DNA from: Octopus vulgaris
Lineage: Eukaryota
NCBI GenBank assembly: GCA_951406725.2
Contig: OX597840.1
Location: forward strand, 38,750,001-38,814,000
Reading direction: 5' to 3'
Length of the DNA stretch: 64,000 nucleotides
The notes beneath the pieces were generated by a model. It was given only the letters and a program-made list of their open reading frames with translations, was not told the origin of the DNA and searched no databases. Numbering within the stretch: the stretch's first letter is position 1; every line of letters starts with the position of its first letter. The translations under genes and the position numbers were made by a program. This document shows positions 24,976 through 38,995 of the stretch, piece after piece.

Positions 24976-25812
24976 AGCTCTTGCCCCTCATGCTAACCTG
25001 TTGCCTGCTTAAGCAGAATTAATATCGATGAGATACGAAACCAGAACTTAATGGAAAGCAACTTGATGTAAACAGCGAAATATTTTATGTGTTACTTCGA
25101 CGACTTTATTTATCCGCCATCATGATCATGCGCCGCAAGAAAGAAAAGAAAGCAGAATTTAATTTCCCACGTAAAGTATTTTAACTGTATCATATATATT
25201 TCAACTCTGCTATTTGACTGTCTGGGAAGACAATAGAATTCTCTAAGAAGAGTCATTCGGAATTTCAGCTGCATTAGATATAATATAATATGTAGTTGTG
25301 TAAATATAATATAAAAGCAATTTAACAAAATTTAATGTTTATGAATATTATTATCATTCTAAGTAGTATTATATAACATAGAGCAAATAAAATACTTATA
25401 AGTCTATTCCCTGTGTTTTAATGCTTTCTCATTATACCCTAGGGACATACATTGTTGCAAAATAATAAAAAAAATTCCACTGACACAAAACTTAGCGCAA
25501 TAAGAATAAGAGAGAAATTCAGCTAAACTTGAGAAATAATACAATGAGCAAATATTAAGGAGGTTCGTTTGTTTAGATTAGTTCAAGATAATCGGTGGCT
25601 TATCTTGATGCACAAGGAAGTCAGTGGGAAAATGTACACCGACTCACGTATACGCACTCATAGGAAATATATATATATATTAGTCACACATTCACACAGA
25701 CACTGACACACAACACAAACATTCACAGTGGCACACATATAAGCGTATAAAACATATATATATACGTGTATATACATTACAGATATATCTATATATATGC
25801 ATATACATATGC

Positions 25813-25849
<37 letters not shown>

Positions 25850-25986
25850 CATACACACATGCATATATATATATACGTATATATATATATGTATATATAT
25901 ATATATGTATATATATATGTATATACATATATATATATATATACATATATACATATACACATATATATGTGTATGTGTATATACAT

Positions 25987-26050
<64 letters not shown>

Positions 26051-26299
26051 ACGCACGGAGTCGTCGGGTAAGAGAGATGAACTGCCATTTATTTATTAAA
26101 TTCTCAACGTCTTTATATTAGGACCTGCTATTAATTCACTTAGAAGTAATATCAGATTTTATCTCGACGATGACCTTTCCAAATATCCATTTCGTATTTC
26201 TCTGTTCTATTTCAGAGAAGATTGTTAGTAAGTTGAATCTGAAATAAATTCTCCGCTATTTATATTATTTGTAGTAACAATGTCTACTTCACTCTCTAC

Positions 26300-26840
26300 A
26301 TCTCTGTCTCTCTCTCTCTTCTTACTCCACATCTTCGTTGCTCTCGCCTCTCTATTGCCATATACTTCTTGATCTCTCTATCTCCTACAATCTCCCTTTC
26401 TTAGCTATTTTTCTTTTTTTAGCTTTCATTTTCTCTTTCTCATTCAATCTCTCTTTAATTGTGCTTATTCTTTGCCTTCCTTAATCACTCTCCGACTTTG
26501 TCTCTCCCCTACATCTCTCTTTATTCTGTTGCTCTACATCTTTGCTACTCTCAACTCTGTATTGCCATATCTTTCTTGATCTTTGTAACTGCTACTCTCT
26601 CTCTCTCTCTCTATCCTTCTTGGTATCTTCTTCTCCTTATTCATATTCCCTTTCTCCCTCTATCGCTCTTTAATGGTACTTATTCTTTGCTCTGTCTCTC
26701 TCCTACATCTCTCTTTATTCCGTTCTCTCAACTTTTTATTGTCATATCTGTCTTGATCTCAGTAACTGCTACCCTCTCTCTCTCATTCTTGGTATCTTCT
26801 TATTCATTTTCAATTTCTCCCTCTATCGCTCTTTAATTGT
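26300..26840. repeat. Pyrimidine-rich degenerate tandem repeat (~3 units of 180-205 bp)
   Basis: TATTG.CATAT....CTTGATCT recurs at ~26353, ~26560 and ~26737. Confidence 0.7.
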
Positions 26841-27149
26841 CCTCATTCATTACTTCTTCTCTCATTCATTTTCTTACAATGTCCCTCTCCTCCGTGGAAC
26901 TTCTATCTTTCAAACCCATTGTAATTTAGATACTCACACATATTCCTATTCTCTCTCTCTTTATGCCTACATCTACTCCTCAGAATCTTTCTAAATATCC
27001 ATCTCTCTACCTCTCAGTGTCTCTCAAATTTTCTCCTCCATAACCTTCACCAAAGGTCACGCTAGATTCGAGAACAAAAACAAACGAAAGAATTTCTTAG
27101 CTTAGTATTTGATTACTCTTTCATCAATTTGGTGAATAAAGGAACCAAA

Positions 27150-27202
27150 GAGATCCTGCAGAATTATGTACACCTACACACAACAAAAATACACACACAC
27201 AC

Positions 27203-27255
<53 letters not shown>

Positions 27256-27292
27256 TACTCACAAACACACACACACACACATACACACACAT

Positions 27293-27323
<31 letters not shown>

Positions 27324-27514
27324 CTCACACACACACACACACACACGCACACACATAGACAGGCACATACATACACACATTAATATACGTATGTATGCAG
27401 CTATATACATACAAATGTATAAGTAATATGTATGTATATATATATATAACCACACACACACATAGAACCAGAGAGCTCCTGCAGAAGTATATACACCAAC
27501 ACACAACAAAAATA

Positions 27515-27554
<40 letters not shown>

Positions 27555-27745
27555 CTCACATACACACATATATATAGATATATACTCACACACACACACA
27601 CATATATATATACATATACTCACACACACACATATATATAGATATATACTCACACACACACACATAGACAGGCACACACATACACACATTAATATACGTA
27701 CGTATGCAGCTATATACATACATATGTATAAGCAGTATGTATGTA
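27150..27745. repeat. Tandem duplication (~320-bp period) of a microsatellite-containing unit
   Basis: GAG.TCCTGCAGAA.TAT.TACACC.ACACACAACAAAAATA and CATAGACAGGCACA..CATTAATATACGTA.GTATGCAGC each occur twice. Confidence 0.85.
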
Positions 27746-28744
27746 TAATGGCAATGGTACTTGATATGAAAATATTCATGAAATAGTCGTACTGAAATTA
27801 CAGCTTTTGAAATGAATCTTCTTCGCATTTCCATACATTATCCCTGACTGTATTTATTGAAATTACTTTCCAAATGCAGCGTGTTTTCCGTTATTTGTGG
27901 CGATTGTCATAGCAAAGCCGGAATGAATTCCCGATTTTTGCGAAACGAGCAAAAGCTATAGGTTTTTCTCTTTATTATCGCAGAAAGAACTGATTAATCG
28001 ATAGATATTATTGATACACTCCTTATCAAACAACGTTAAAAAATACAACTTATATACTTATATAAAACGCGTATATATATATAAGAGCAGAAACGTTAAC
28101 ATGCAGTGTACATATATAGGTGTATGTTTGTGTGGGTGTTTATTTGTATGTATATGAATGAAATGAGCATGCAACGAGCAAGGAAAATCCAATACTTCGT
28201 GTTGAGACAGAGGTAGATGTTATTACACCATACTTATGATATGCAAATGTTCTATTTACGCTTCATGGAATGCAGCTATTGGTAATCGGCTAAAGTACAG
28301 AAATGTTTGACACCGTTTCGTGAAGCCCGAAAACGCTTGTTCCCCAACTTTAAAAAAAATTCGGAAAGGAAGATAAATCCCTGCAAGGGATGACTTACCT
28401 GTAAATTGTAAAAGACGCCATCATTTTGGACTTAGCACTGTTTCATTTCTAAGATCTACTGACCGTTTCTGTATGCAAATCGCAAGATTTAACGATAAAT
28501 AGAATTTCGTCAGATGAAAATAAGCTAAACATTTATTGAGTTGATTATAACGCGTTTTAAAAGGGTCGGTAAAAATATTAAAGAAATAATTGACGGCTAT
28601 GAGGTACATAGTTTAGTGTCTGCAGTTGCGCGCATAGTACGATATAAGAACATTCTCTTATGAATCTGGGCCTCTCAAGGTGATTGAACATCCCCCATAT
28701 ACGACTAATGGAAATTTTGAAATCTCAGAATTGATATGAATATA

Positions 28745-28952
28745 AACAAAGACCGCGTGTGTACCTTTGGCGATTTTTTTTCCTCTGTCTTCCCTTCTCT
28801 GGATCTTTCTTTCTCCTATGGTTCCGACGAAGAGCTCCGCTCGAAACGTTAAACCCTCCTTCTTTCCTTCTTTCCTGAGCGTCAAATAATACTTTATTTG
28901 TTCCACGTCCTCGCGTTGTTGTGTTTATTGTGCTTTCATGTTTGGATTAACT
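28745..28952 (+). mobile_element. (TA)n-associated short repeat family X with minimal hammerhead-like motif (28820-28855)
   Basis: GGTT-CCGACGA-A-GAGCTCCGCTC-GAAACGTTA-AACC. Ends TTTGGATTAAC-(TA)n like the other copies. Confidence 0.7.
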
Positions 28953-29258
28953 ATATATATGGATATGTGTGTGTGTGCGTGTATACACAAATATACATAT
29001 ATATCTATATGTATATGCATTATATATATGGAGTCATGCCATATGAATGTCGATTTAGTCTAGGGGAATCCATATAATGTTTTATTGCATTCATAATTAT
29101 ATGAAGTTCTATGTGGATGTCGGCTGCAAGTTTTGGTATTACAGAATGTATTTGTCATAGACAGAACATATCTTAAAGAATCTTGCAAAATATTTAGGTA
29201 ATTGATAGTACATTTCAACATGTTAAATATGTACGTATTCATTTATATAAAATTGCTA

Positions 29259-29468
29259 TAGGCGCAATGGCCCAGTGGTTAGGGCAGCGGACTCATGGTC
29301 GTAGGATTGCGGTTTCGATTCCCGGACCGGGCGTTGTGAGTGTATATTGAGCGAAAACACCTAAAGCTCCACGAGGCTCCGGCAGGGGATGGTGGCGATC
29401 CCTGCTGTACAAAAAAATGGAGGTGCCCCAGCATGGCCACAGCTTGTGAGCTGAAACTAGATAAATAA
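29259..29468 (+). mobile_element. tRNA-derived SINE, internally deleted, sharing the CCAGCATGGCC.CAG 3' tail with type B
   Basis: A box TGGCCCAGTGG, B box GTTTCGATTCC, and shared tail. Confidence 0.7.
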
Positions 29469-29770
29469 GAACATTTTTTAAATATGTTTTGGATCTTTCA
29501 AAACTTTTCCAGCTGATATTGAGAGCTTTCAGCTTTTTTTGCCATTTTGCTACTCGATCTACGTAAATAAAGTGTTACGGTTACGTAATCTTTTTCCTAA
29601 TGTACCTCCGAATATAACCATGGAAGGCTCTGCATTATCGTTGAATGAATGAAGTGTTGTTTGTATAAACCGATTTCACCCCATCTCTCACACACATACA
29701 CACACACAAGCAAGTGAACTCATATTTATGGCTAACGCTTCTGTGTGTTTACATGCACGGGCACAAATAT

Positions 29771-29824
<54 letters not shown>

Positions 29825-29829
<5 letters not shown>

Positions 29830-29985
29830 GAATATACAAAAAAACAAAAGACGAAGACGGGTGTGTAAACAAAAAACATGCATTAGTTTAACGCTCAGGA
29901 AGTGAGAAAGTCTTTTACGTTTCGAGCCTACGCTCTTCGACAGAAAGGAACACAGAAATAAATAGGGAGAGTGATAAATAAACAG

Positions 29986-29995
<10 letters not shown>
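29825..29995 (-). mobile_element. (TA)n-embedded short element with variant minimal hammerhead-like motif (29912-29947)
   Basis: Minus strand reads CTTT-CTGTCGA-A-GAGC(gtag)GCTC-GAAAC-GTA-AAAG. (TA)n on both sides. Confidence 0.55.
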
Positions 29996-30016
<21 letters not shown>

Positions 30017-30044
30017 GAGTGTGTGTCTGTGTGTGTATATGAGT

Positions 30045-30086
<42 letters not shown>

Positions 30087-30195
30087 TATGCATACGTATA
30101 TATATATATCTATATATATATCAAGAGAGATAGATAGATAGATAAATCGAGAGAGAGAAAGAGAAATAGATAGATATACGTATATATATATATAC

Positions 30196-30232
<37 letters not shown>

Positions 30233-31000
30233 TATATACATGAATGTGTGTGTGCGTGTTCGCGTGCGTGCCTGAATAAACACATACATATAATTCGTCG
30301 AGGGCATTTAAGCGAATCATCCTCTGTCCGAACTGTCAGAACGATATAATGGGTTCTGTTGCGCTTACTTCATCTCCATGTCTATCAAACAAACAACGAA
30401 TATGAAGCAGAAACGTAGAACATTAACGAAAACCTTTTTAAAAAAATCATTCTTAGGTGCATCATTCGGAAGCTAAATCAAGGCGAAGCGTGTTGTTACC
30501 AGCGCAGTGTAATATATTCTTCTCTACACGTTTGTTCTACTCTTCATGTCAATGTCCTCGTCAGTACTGACAAGCATTCTAAGCATTTACATGTGTAATA
30601 TCTACCAACGTCTGACCATCGACGAACCACTCTGTCAATCAACCTAACGTTGATAGAAATAATTAGCAATCACTTCCTGCAAAGCGCTGCACTGACGCCA
30701 GCATGATCTGCTCCATGCATTGTTTTCTTCCTTTCATTGCGTATTCCGCTGTCAGCTCACTGAAGTGTACCTTACATGGAGACATTTCATGTAAATAACA
30801 AGCTTATAGAATTTTTCTGTTAGAGCGTAACTGTGCATCAGAACATGCGAAACGAAATCATCCGAGGTCACCAGGAAGGCAATTCTTAACAATCTCCCGT
30901 GACCCTCTGTGCTGATTTCACTCGTAAAATCTAGCATACACTGCCATTAACAAAGTTGTTTTGTCACCCTCTTCATGCTTACGATATTAATTCTACTTTA

Positions 31001-31230
31001 AAGGCGGTGATCTGGCAGAATTGTTAGCACGTCGGGCGAAATGCGTAGCCGTATTTCGTCTGCCGTTACGTTCTGAGTTCAAATTCCGCCGAGGTCGACT
31101 TTGCCTTTCATCCTTTCGGGGTCGATTAAATAAGTACCAGTTACGCACTGGGGTCGATATAATCGACTTAATTCGTTTGTCTATCCTTGTTTGTCCCCTC
31201 TGTGTTTAGCCCCTTGTGAGCAATAAAGAA
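31001..31230 (+). mobile_element. Type-A SINE monomer with TSD
   Basis: Flanked by ATATTAATTCTACTTT at ~30984-30999 and ~31235-31250. Confidence 0.9.
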
Positions 31231-32623
31231 TCATATATTAATTCTACTTTGGGCCAGATCCTTGGAAGTGGTTAGGTATCATCCACAAATCTTTCTAACG
31301 AATTACCAACACCCACCTTTGGTAACCTGCAGTTTGCTGTCACCTCAGTCTGTCTCTTCTACCCTTACTTTTACAATCTTTGATATTAAAGTGTTGGTCA
31401 TCGCCTATGACTGTCACTCATGCTGAACGTTGTTATGTCTGTTAATCTCTGGCTGCCGATTCTGTGATTAACTGCTGAGGTCAAACGTTACAGACCATAA
31501 CATCAAATATCTTCAGTTCTCTTTAGCCAAAAGTTCTGCCTCTTTAAACAGGATTACAAACGCATAAATCTCACTGCGTAGAACTGGATTTCCGACGACC
31601 CAATATCCTATGAGCTTAACGTCAGAAATATATTGTCGATGAGAGTTTGTCAATACACTTCACCAATCAAAAGAATTAAAACCTTTTGGACGTAAACAGA
31701 CAATTCTGCAATATGATGGGCACGTGTTTTCGGCCTGGGAGTACATTTCGACAGAACGGGTGTAATTCTTAAAAATCTTCTTTTTTTTTAAATATATACA
31801 TGGGTTTGCTTTTCGCTCATTAATTGTTAAATTTCAAGTGGATTATAAGAGCTGATGCAGATGTGATTTGAACAATTGAGACCAACATTACATTAAATGA
31901 ACTGCGGTGTTTGTAACATCTGCTTTTTTTTTCAATATTTCTCCTCAAACCCTGACGAACTCTTCGAAATACGAGTAATCTCAATATTTTTATATTTATT
32001 AAACATTATCCTCTTAAGAAACTAGGAATTTCCTCTCCTGTACAATTCACTTATTTCTGTACACAATGAAAACGAAGATCATTCATGCATTTTTTAAGTT
32101 TCTAAAAAGCTGCGAAACTTTTTCGTTTGTTTGTTTGTTTGCTATTGCTCTTTGTTGCTAACCATTATTACCCATAATGCAAACTGCGTTTTCAATGGAT
32201 CCAGATGAATATTTGTATTATTTTTATCCGTATGAATTTCACTTGAAAACTAAAGCTATTGAATAATTTTAAAAGATGGCACAGATGCATGAATGTAACG
32301 CTGTGAAGAAAAATCAAGATAAAAGAAAACTAAAAAGAAAAAATTATATCTCACGCTAATTTTCAATATTTTCAAACCAAATGTAAAAAAAAAATATTAA
32401 TAAACTTGAGAAACTATAAATAAAACGTAAAATCGATATCACGGCATAACAAAACTCAACCAGAGTGTAATGTGAACATCTCCAGCAGTCGAACACGTGT
32501 GCATTAGAAACTCTGTTGTAATCAACATTGAATCCTACAAGATATTTAATGGTAAATTAATTATAAAATAATATAATTATTACAGGGATTTCTAAGGCAC
32601 AGTTATACTACTCAAGAAGTTAT

Positions 32624-32624
<1 letters not shown>

Positions 32625-32702
<78 letters not shown>

Positions 32703-33355
32703 TGAGAGAGCAGTGCATGCCATCAAAGTGACACTGGTGTAAAATATATGAAGCCCAGTATACCCATTATGACTACCCGTCTGATAAGGGTACACTATGC
32801 ACATGCATCTGAACAAATATGTGCGCTACATGGTGATCCCATATCAAGATAAACAGCACATGACATTGCAAGTTCGAACTTCCTTCTGGTCGAGTATCCC
32901 ATCCCGTTCAAAAGGCACCTAAATTGGAATTGTTTAAAGATGTCGAACGAACCACCAATTTTTCCAAAGGTGAATTATCGAAACCTCTAAGAATTCTTCT
33001 CAACACATAGCTATGATGCCGCTCCACAACTTCTGCTCGTGATCAGAAATGCACATATCGACAGCCACTAAAGGACATGCTCAACTGGTTAAGGTCAAAC
33101 AACTGACCAGCAAATCTGTGGTATTGAGCAGAATATTTGCTGTAGCCCATCTGTTATACCAAGACAAAGCATATCATTATTATGATACGAGATAATGACC
33201 CCATATCAAGATACACAGCGCATGACCTTGCAGGTGGGGCCCAGTTAGAATCTCCTTCAGATTGAGTAGCCCACCCGCTAGAAATGTCCCTGAATAACGG
33301 TTGTTTAAGGATGTTGACCAAAACACCCATGTTTCCAAATGTGAATTATCCAAAG
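32625..33355 (-). mobile_element. Retroposon 3' fragment with (AAT)n tail and internal duplication
   Basis: (ATT)n at 32625-32700 abuts a GC-richer block. CCCATATCAAGATA.ACAGC.CATGAC...GTGAATTATC occurs at ~32835-32980 and ~33198-33350. Confidence 0.55.
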
Positions 33356-33959
33356 AAAGAAATATACAAACATTCCAATCATCCCAGATTCTCCAGATAG
33401 ACATACACAAATACATACAGGCAGATACACAAACTCTCAGGACAATCGTAAAAATAGGACGTATATGATGGCCTATGTGAAGAGTCTGGCCTTTGAGAGG
33501 AAGATTATAAAAATCAAATCACTAAGAAGGGTACAAATGCCCGAGGAGGATTATCCAACAGACATAAAATGCACTTTAATTGATATAAAAAAACTGAGAG
33601 GAACATTTGGCAACGACACAGACACACAGGGACCAATGGGGAGATACGACACTCTACCTTCTGTCATAATATACGAGGATTTGAGACAGTACATGGTAAT
33701 GTAAGTATTTTCATATGATATAAAACTGAGAAACATTGGAAAGAAAATAGAGTTAAATGGTACTGATCGAGAGTGGGGTTCGAGTAGCCATCGCATCCTC
33801 ATTATATTATATTTCCATTTTTTTTTTATCCGTCTATGTTTTATGTCCCCAATTTGTATTTTTATTTTCTGTCCTTGTGCTGTCTCATCTGTGTAGGGCC
33901 CTGGTGGCCAATAAAGAAATGTGTCGTATGCGCAACCATATATTATACAGAGATTCGTA

Positions 33960-34645
33960 GAAGCTATTATGAAGAGATACCGTTGGATTACGTGTTGGTG
34001 ATTTGAACAGCTGGTGAAGAAGTATACAGTAAGTCCGCAACGACATTAGAACACGCTTTTTGTTCCTCATCTCCCCACTTTCAAGGAGTTGCCTTTTTGG
34101 TTAAATGTTAAAGCGGCTCGGCCATAGTGGCTAGATTTGGGATAAACTTCCCGTAGAACTGAACCGAACACAAGAAAGACTTTACGCTTGAAATGTCTAT
34201 AAGGGTGGCATCTTCATAACTGCCTCGACCTTGGATCTCTCCGCGATTTCTTCGGCTGATAAAGTATGGCCAAGATATTCCACACTCTTTTGTGCGAACA
34301 GGCGCTTTTTTAACTGAGTCTTCGGAGTTCTTTGTCGTTCAGACGAGAGGGCAAACGCATCAGGTTGTTCAAGTTGTCATTTGCGTCTTTCCCGCTGACG
34401 ACCATATCGTCTTGGAAAACAGCCACTCCAGGCAGACCACTGGTCAGGTTTTCTATGATCTCCCCGAAGTAACCATTTGATTCCATATGGGGCTCATTGC
34501 TGCAGGAGTACTCCACGGTGAGTGCTGAGGGCTAGCCTTCGTTGACTCTCTGGTGCCAGTTTGATCTGGTTGTAGGCATCGTCAAGGTCAATTTTCGTAT
34601 AACCGTATCCACCTCCTAGTTACTGCATCGCTTCCTCTGGGAGCG
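33960..34645 (-). mobile_element. Decayed Ty3/Gypsy pol (RT) fragment
   Basis: Minus-strand peptides GYGYTKIDLDDAYNQIKLAPESQRRLALSTH, LTSGLPGVAVFQDDMVVSG (YxDD region), VEYLGH and VKSFLCSVQFYGKFIPNLA, with frameshifts. Confidence 0.85.
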
Positions 34646-35646
34646 GGGAGTAAATTTATCAGCTAACCGTTTTGTTTCGCCATAGTATCTAAGAAAAAAA
34701 TAGTCAAATTTTTGTATTATCTAATATGAAACTTAGGTGCAGAAATGGTTCTTTACCTTTGAAGTAATTATATCTCAATATCAAGGTAAAAAGTCCAATC
34801 CGCAAGAATAGTCTTTTAATATCTTAAGAAGTCCACAAAAATGATGACGGTATCCTGTCGGAAACGTCAATTTGTTATATTTCTCTTGTTTACTTACAAA
34901 GAATAGAGTAACAATCCAGATAGGTGTGTTGTCTGTGGATCAATATACTTCTCTCGTTTACTCACCAAGACGAAAACAGTGGTACTCCAGATAGGTGTGA
35001 AGTCTGTTTATTCCAATTGTAAAATAAATTCACCTGATCTTTTGGTGTTGTTCTCTATGGAATCAGGGTTACGATATTACCATTTGTAGAATTCTCTGAT
35101 TGAGGCTGTGGACACCGAATGTCGCGTTTATGACAGAACAAAGTGTTGGAGAATGCGTGTTCAGCAATTTCTGCCACAGGAAAAACATGGCATTTATGAT
35201 TTAGGAGATTTGTGCTATCCACAAAACCAGGCATTTTTTTTTACTAATCTTTGAAGCGGTTTAGTGATGAGAGAGATGAGAGAGATGAGATACGATGGCA
35301 TCTGACACTAAGTGATTTATTTCTTGTTTTGAAACCGGAAATCACTCACAGGGTGATAAAATATGCCGGTGATTGGTTTGCATGCAGCGATTTCATGATG
35401 GCATTAATTAATAAGTGTACGAGTTCCTGTGGACGTTCATTCTAGATGTTATGGAGGGGAGTCACGTGAGAAAGAGAAAGAAGATCACTTTTCAAACACG
35501 TAGTTTCTAGTTCAATCTAACTGCGTGGCATGTTACCCACGTATCTTCTACTATCCGGGATTTATCAATGCCTTCGGTCTGATTGTGTTACACGCACAAT
35601 ACATACAAACGTAACTATGTACATACAAATATATATTTTTATATAT

Positions 35647-35706
<60 letters not shown>

Positions 35707-35717
35707 GTGTGTATATA

Positions 35718-36135
35718 TGAGTCTTCTACTGCTCTTTCTAGCACAAGGCTAATAATTTCTTATTACCCTATTGTTATTTATTATGTTTAAATATTCTTTG
35801 ATAAATTTGTTCGAAATATTTACCGGCATCCTCTCTGTCGCCGGGTATAATCTGCGTCTGCGCACTGGTCTGAAGAGTTAGGATATACAAGCAGTTAGTT
35901 TTACTTGTGGATCTGGCTGTATGTATATTTGATTTCCAAATGCTTCCCACTGATGAAGACTGGCCTTCAGCAAATATTTTTGCCGGAAATAGTTAGAAAC
36001 CATGGTCTGGGAAATAATGGAGATGGTAAACGTTTTTAATTTTCATTTCATTCGAGAATTTATCTTTATTTAGTGGTTTGAGTTTTCTATTGCTCTTTCT
36101 AGCACAAGGCTTTCCTATTTGGAAGCCTCTTATTG
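35718..36135 (+). mobile_element. Short non-coding Penelope-like (pLTR) element within a (TA)n/(TG)n tract
   Basis: Contains the hammerhead above. A ~33-bp direct repeat TGAGT.TTCTA.TGCTCTTTCTAGCACAAGGCT lies at 35718-35750 and 36079-36111. Flanked by microsatellite. Confidence 0.6.
35944..36013 (+). ncRNA. Type-I hammerhead ribozyme
   Basis: TTCCCA-CTGATGA-[extended stem II]-GAAAC-CATG-GTC-TGGGAA. Canonical core, 6-bp stem I, palindromic stem III (ACCATGGT), GUC cleavage triplet. Confidence 0.75.
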
Positions 36136-38114
36136 TATATATATATACACATACACACACGCACATATATACATATATATATACACTCACACACACACAT
36201 ATACACACGTGTGTATGTTTATGTGACAGCCACAATATCTTCACGACCACAGCTGGTTTTTTAACGTCACATTAAGTTGGACAAAGACGGATATTGAAAT
36301 ATCTAACTTCATCTATACACTTGGGTTCATGTGTTCAATTAAGCTTCTCAGTACAGTCCCCCAGCTTCGTCATATACTAATGATCGTAAGAAATGAAAGA
36401 AAACGATACGTCTGCTCGTGCACACACAATCACGTGTTTGTTCATCAATTACGTGCTTCAATTATTAGGCTGTGGTCATGATGATGTACCACTTTATTCT
36501 GTTTTTAGTCAAACACATCCACCCCAGTACAGCCACCATAGTAAATATTTCATATTGGCCTCTTTCGCCGAAGGCAAACCAACCAACGCCCAACAATTGT
36601 TTTAGAGCGATGATAGGGAAAGACATATGCAAAAGGACACACACATACATATATACATACATATACACATACATATATACATACATATACACATACATAT
36701 ATAGATACATATATACATAGATATATACATACATGACGAGCCTGTTTACTTTTCGTGTACCGAATCCACTCAGCGCATAGGTTGGTCTGGATCTCAAAGT
36801 GCCACGGAGTGGGACTGAATCCGGAACTATGTGGTTTGTAAGCCAATTTCTTACCTGAGAACCTCGCTGAAGCAAATATTCATAATAAATTCATAGAGAA
36901 TGAAGACGATGGGAATAATGTGTGGAATGTTAGAGGAAATGATGATGATGATGATGATGATGATAATGATGATGATGATGATGATGCTAATGGCTACGGC
37001 GTCTGCGGAGAGGTGAGCGATTATACTTTGCAAGGCTTGAACTTGAGTAACAGAAATTAAAGGTGTAAAAGTCCATAACAGCAACAAGTATTTAAAACCG
37101 AAGAGAGAATTTCTAACTGTATTTAGAAGAAGAAAAATTTTAACATTATCAACAGCAAAAATAAAGGCAGCAAGGCAGCCACCACAACCACAACAACAAC
37201 TAAAACAACACTAGTATCAAGAGAGATTATAACCTAGGTGACACATTCGTATATTTAGAAATTAAAGTGACATTTCTTCCCGTGATTTATGCAGTTTTGT
37301 ACAAAATCTAATTGAACATAAACTAACTTTACAACTATAATTATTGCAGCAGAAATGACCGGGATTTGACTTGTTTAAAGGGCCAAGTGCTTCCTAATAC
37401 ATTTGTATTCGTTAGTTGTGAAAAGCTGAAGTCAATAATTATTAGCAGGAGAATCAAATGTCCAAATACTAAGTTGGCATTTATTCAGCTGAGAGTTCGA
37501 AGGTCAAATCGCACTTTCTTTAATTTCAAGATAACCAGTTGTGAGTTATTAGGCTTTGATCGTCTCTTAAATTTTACAGAAGAATAAAATGTCATGTTCA
37601 GTTGGACAAGTGCCAAGCAAACTGAATTTGTTGCATAACAACGGGCGAAATTCTAATGCAGAGCGAACTTAAAGTACCGATTGGACGCTATTAATAAAAT
37701 ATCATACAAATTATATTTATTTAATTATACGAATTTTCGTTCTTTTTTTTTATAGTAGTTAAAGATTTTGTTGTGTTTTTTTTTATTTTAATTTTAATGT
37801 GTGGTTTTTATAAAATTTTATTCAAGAAAATTCTATTTCTATCAGTCTGAATAACGATTGATTTTTTTTTTTTCCTTTTTACTTTCTGGTTCCTTGGTAC
37901 ACTTTACTTGTACCGAAAATAAACACACGCGAATACGCTTAAACATTTTACACGCGCACACACACACACACACACGTACCGACTTGATAGCATATGCAAG
38001 CATACATACACATATTCACGAACACTTACAGAGATACATACACACACATACACTCAGACTTATAAGAATATACACGCACGATCGCACCTTTATTTGCACA
38101 TTATAAGTATTTTA

Positions 38115-38292
38115 TTTTATTGCTTTCAGTCGATTGAATGCGGCCATGATGGAGCACCGAATCTAGTCGAAAAAATCGACCCTAGGCCTTATTCTAGCGC
38201 TGTCTTTTGCCGAAATATCATCATGCTACCTTTTCCTACGAGTCACGAGGACGTAAAAACACCAACAGCGGTTGTCAAGCGATGGTTGGGGG

Positions 38293-38342
<50 letters not shown>

Positions 38343-38555
38343 GTGTGTTTGTGCTTGTATGTGTGTGTCTGCGTGTGTTTATTTATATGTAAACGATGAG
38401 TTTCTTTCAGTTTCCATCTACTAAATCCACTCACTAGGTTTTGGTCAGCCGAGGCTATACGAGAAGACACTTGCCCGAGGTGCCACGCTGTAGGACTGAA
38501 CCCAGAACTATGTGGTTGGAAGCTCTTTACCATACAGCTACGCATTCGCCTATGT
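38115..38555 (-). mobile_element. Degenerate type-B SINE
   Basis: Reverse-complement match to type B. Confidence 0.8.
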
Positions 38556-38694
38556 ATTCATATGTTCAGACAATCACTAACGTGTATAAGCCTACAAATA
38601 CACAAGCATTCACTCGCACAGACACACACACAGAAATACACAAACACACAAACACATACACAGGGATACATACACACGCTCAAATATACTTCGT

Positions 38695-38930
38695 ATCTAT
38701 TTCTTTACTACCCACAAAGGGATAAACACGGAAATGACAAACAAGGACAGATACACGGATTAAGTCGATTATATTGACTCCAGTTCGTAATTGGTAATTA
38801 TTTAATCGTCCCTGAAAGGATGAAAGGCAAATTCGACCTCGGCGGAATTCGAACTCAGAACGTAGCGGCAGACGAAATACTGCTAAGTATTTCGCCCGGC
38901 GTGCTCACGTTACTTGCCGGTTCGCCACCT
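38695..38930 (-). mobile_element. Type-A SINE, head-to-head with the following array
   Basis: Reverse-complement match to type A. Confidence 0.85.
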
Positions 38931-38995
38931 TAATAAACTCCATACCTCAGCAGACGATAAACAGTTGTAAGTCATATTTTGGCATATTCAGCATA

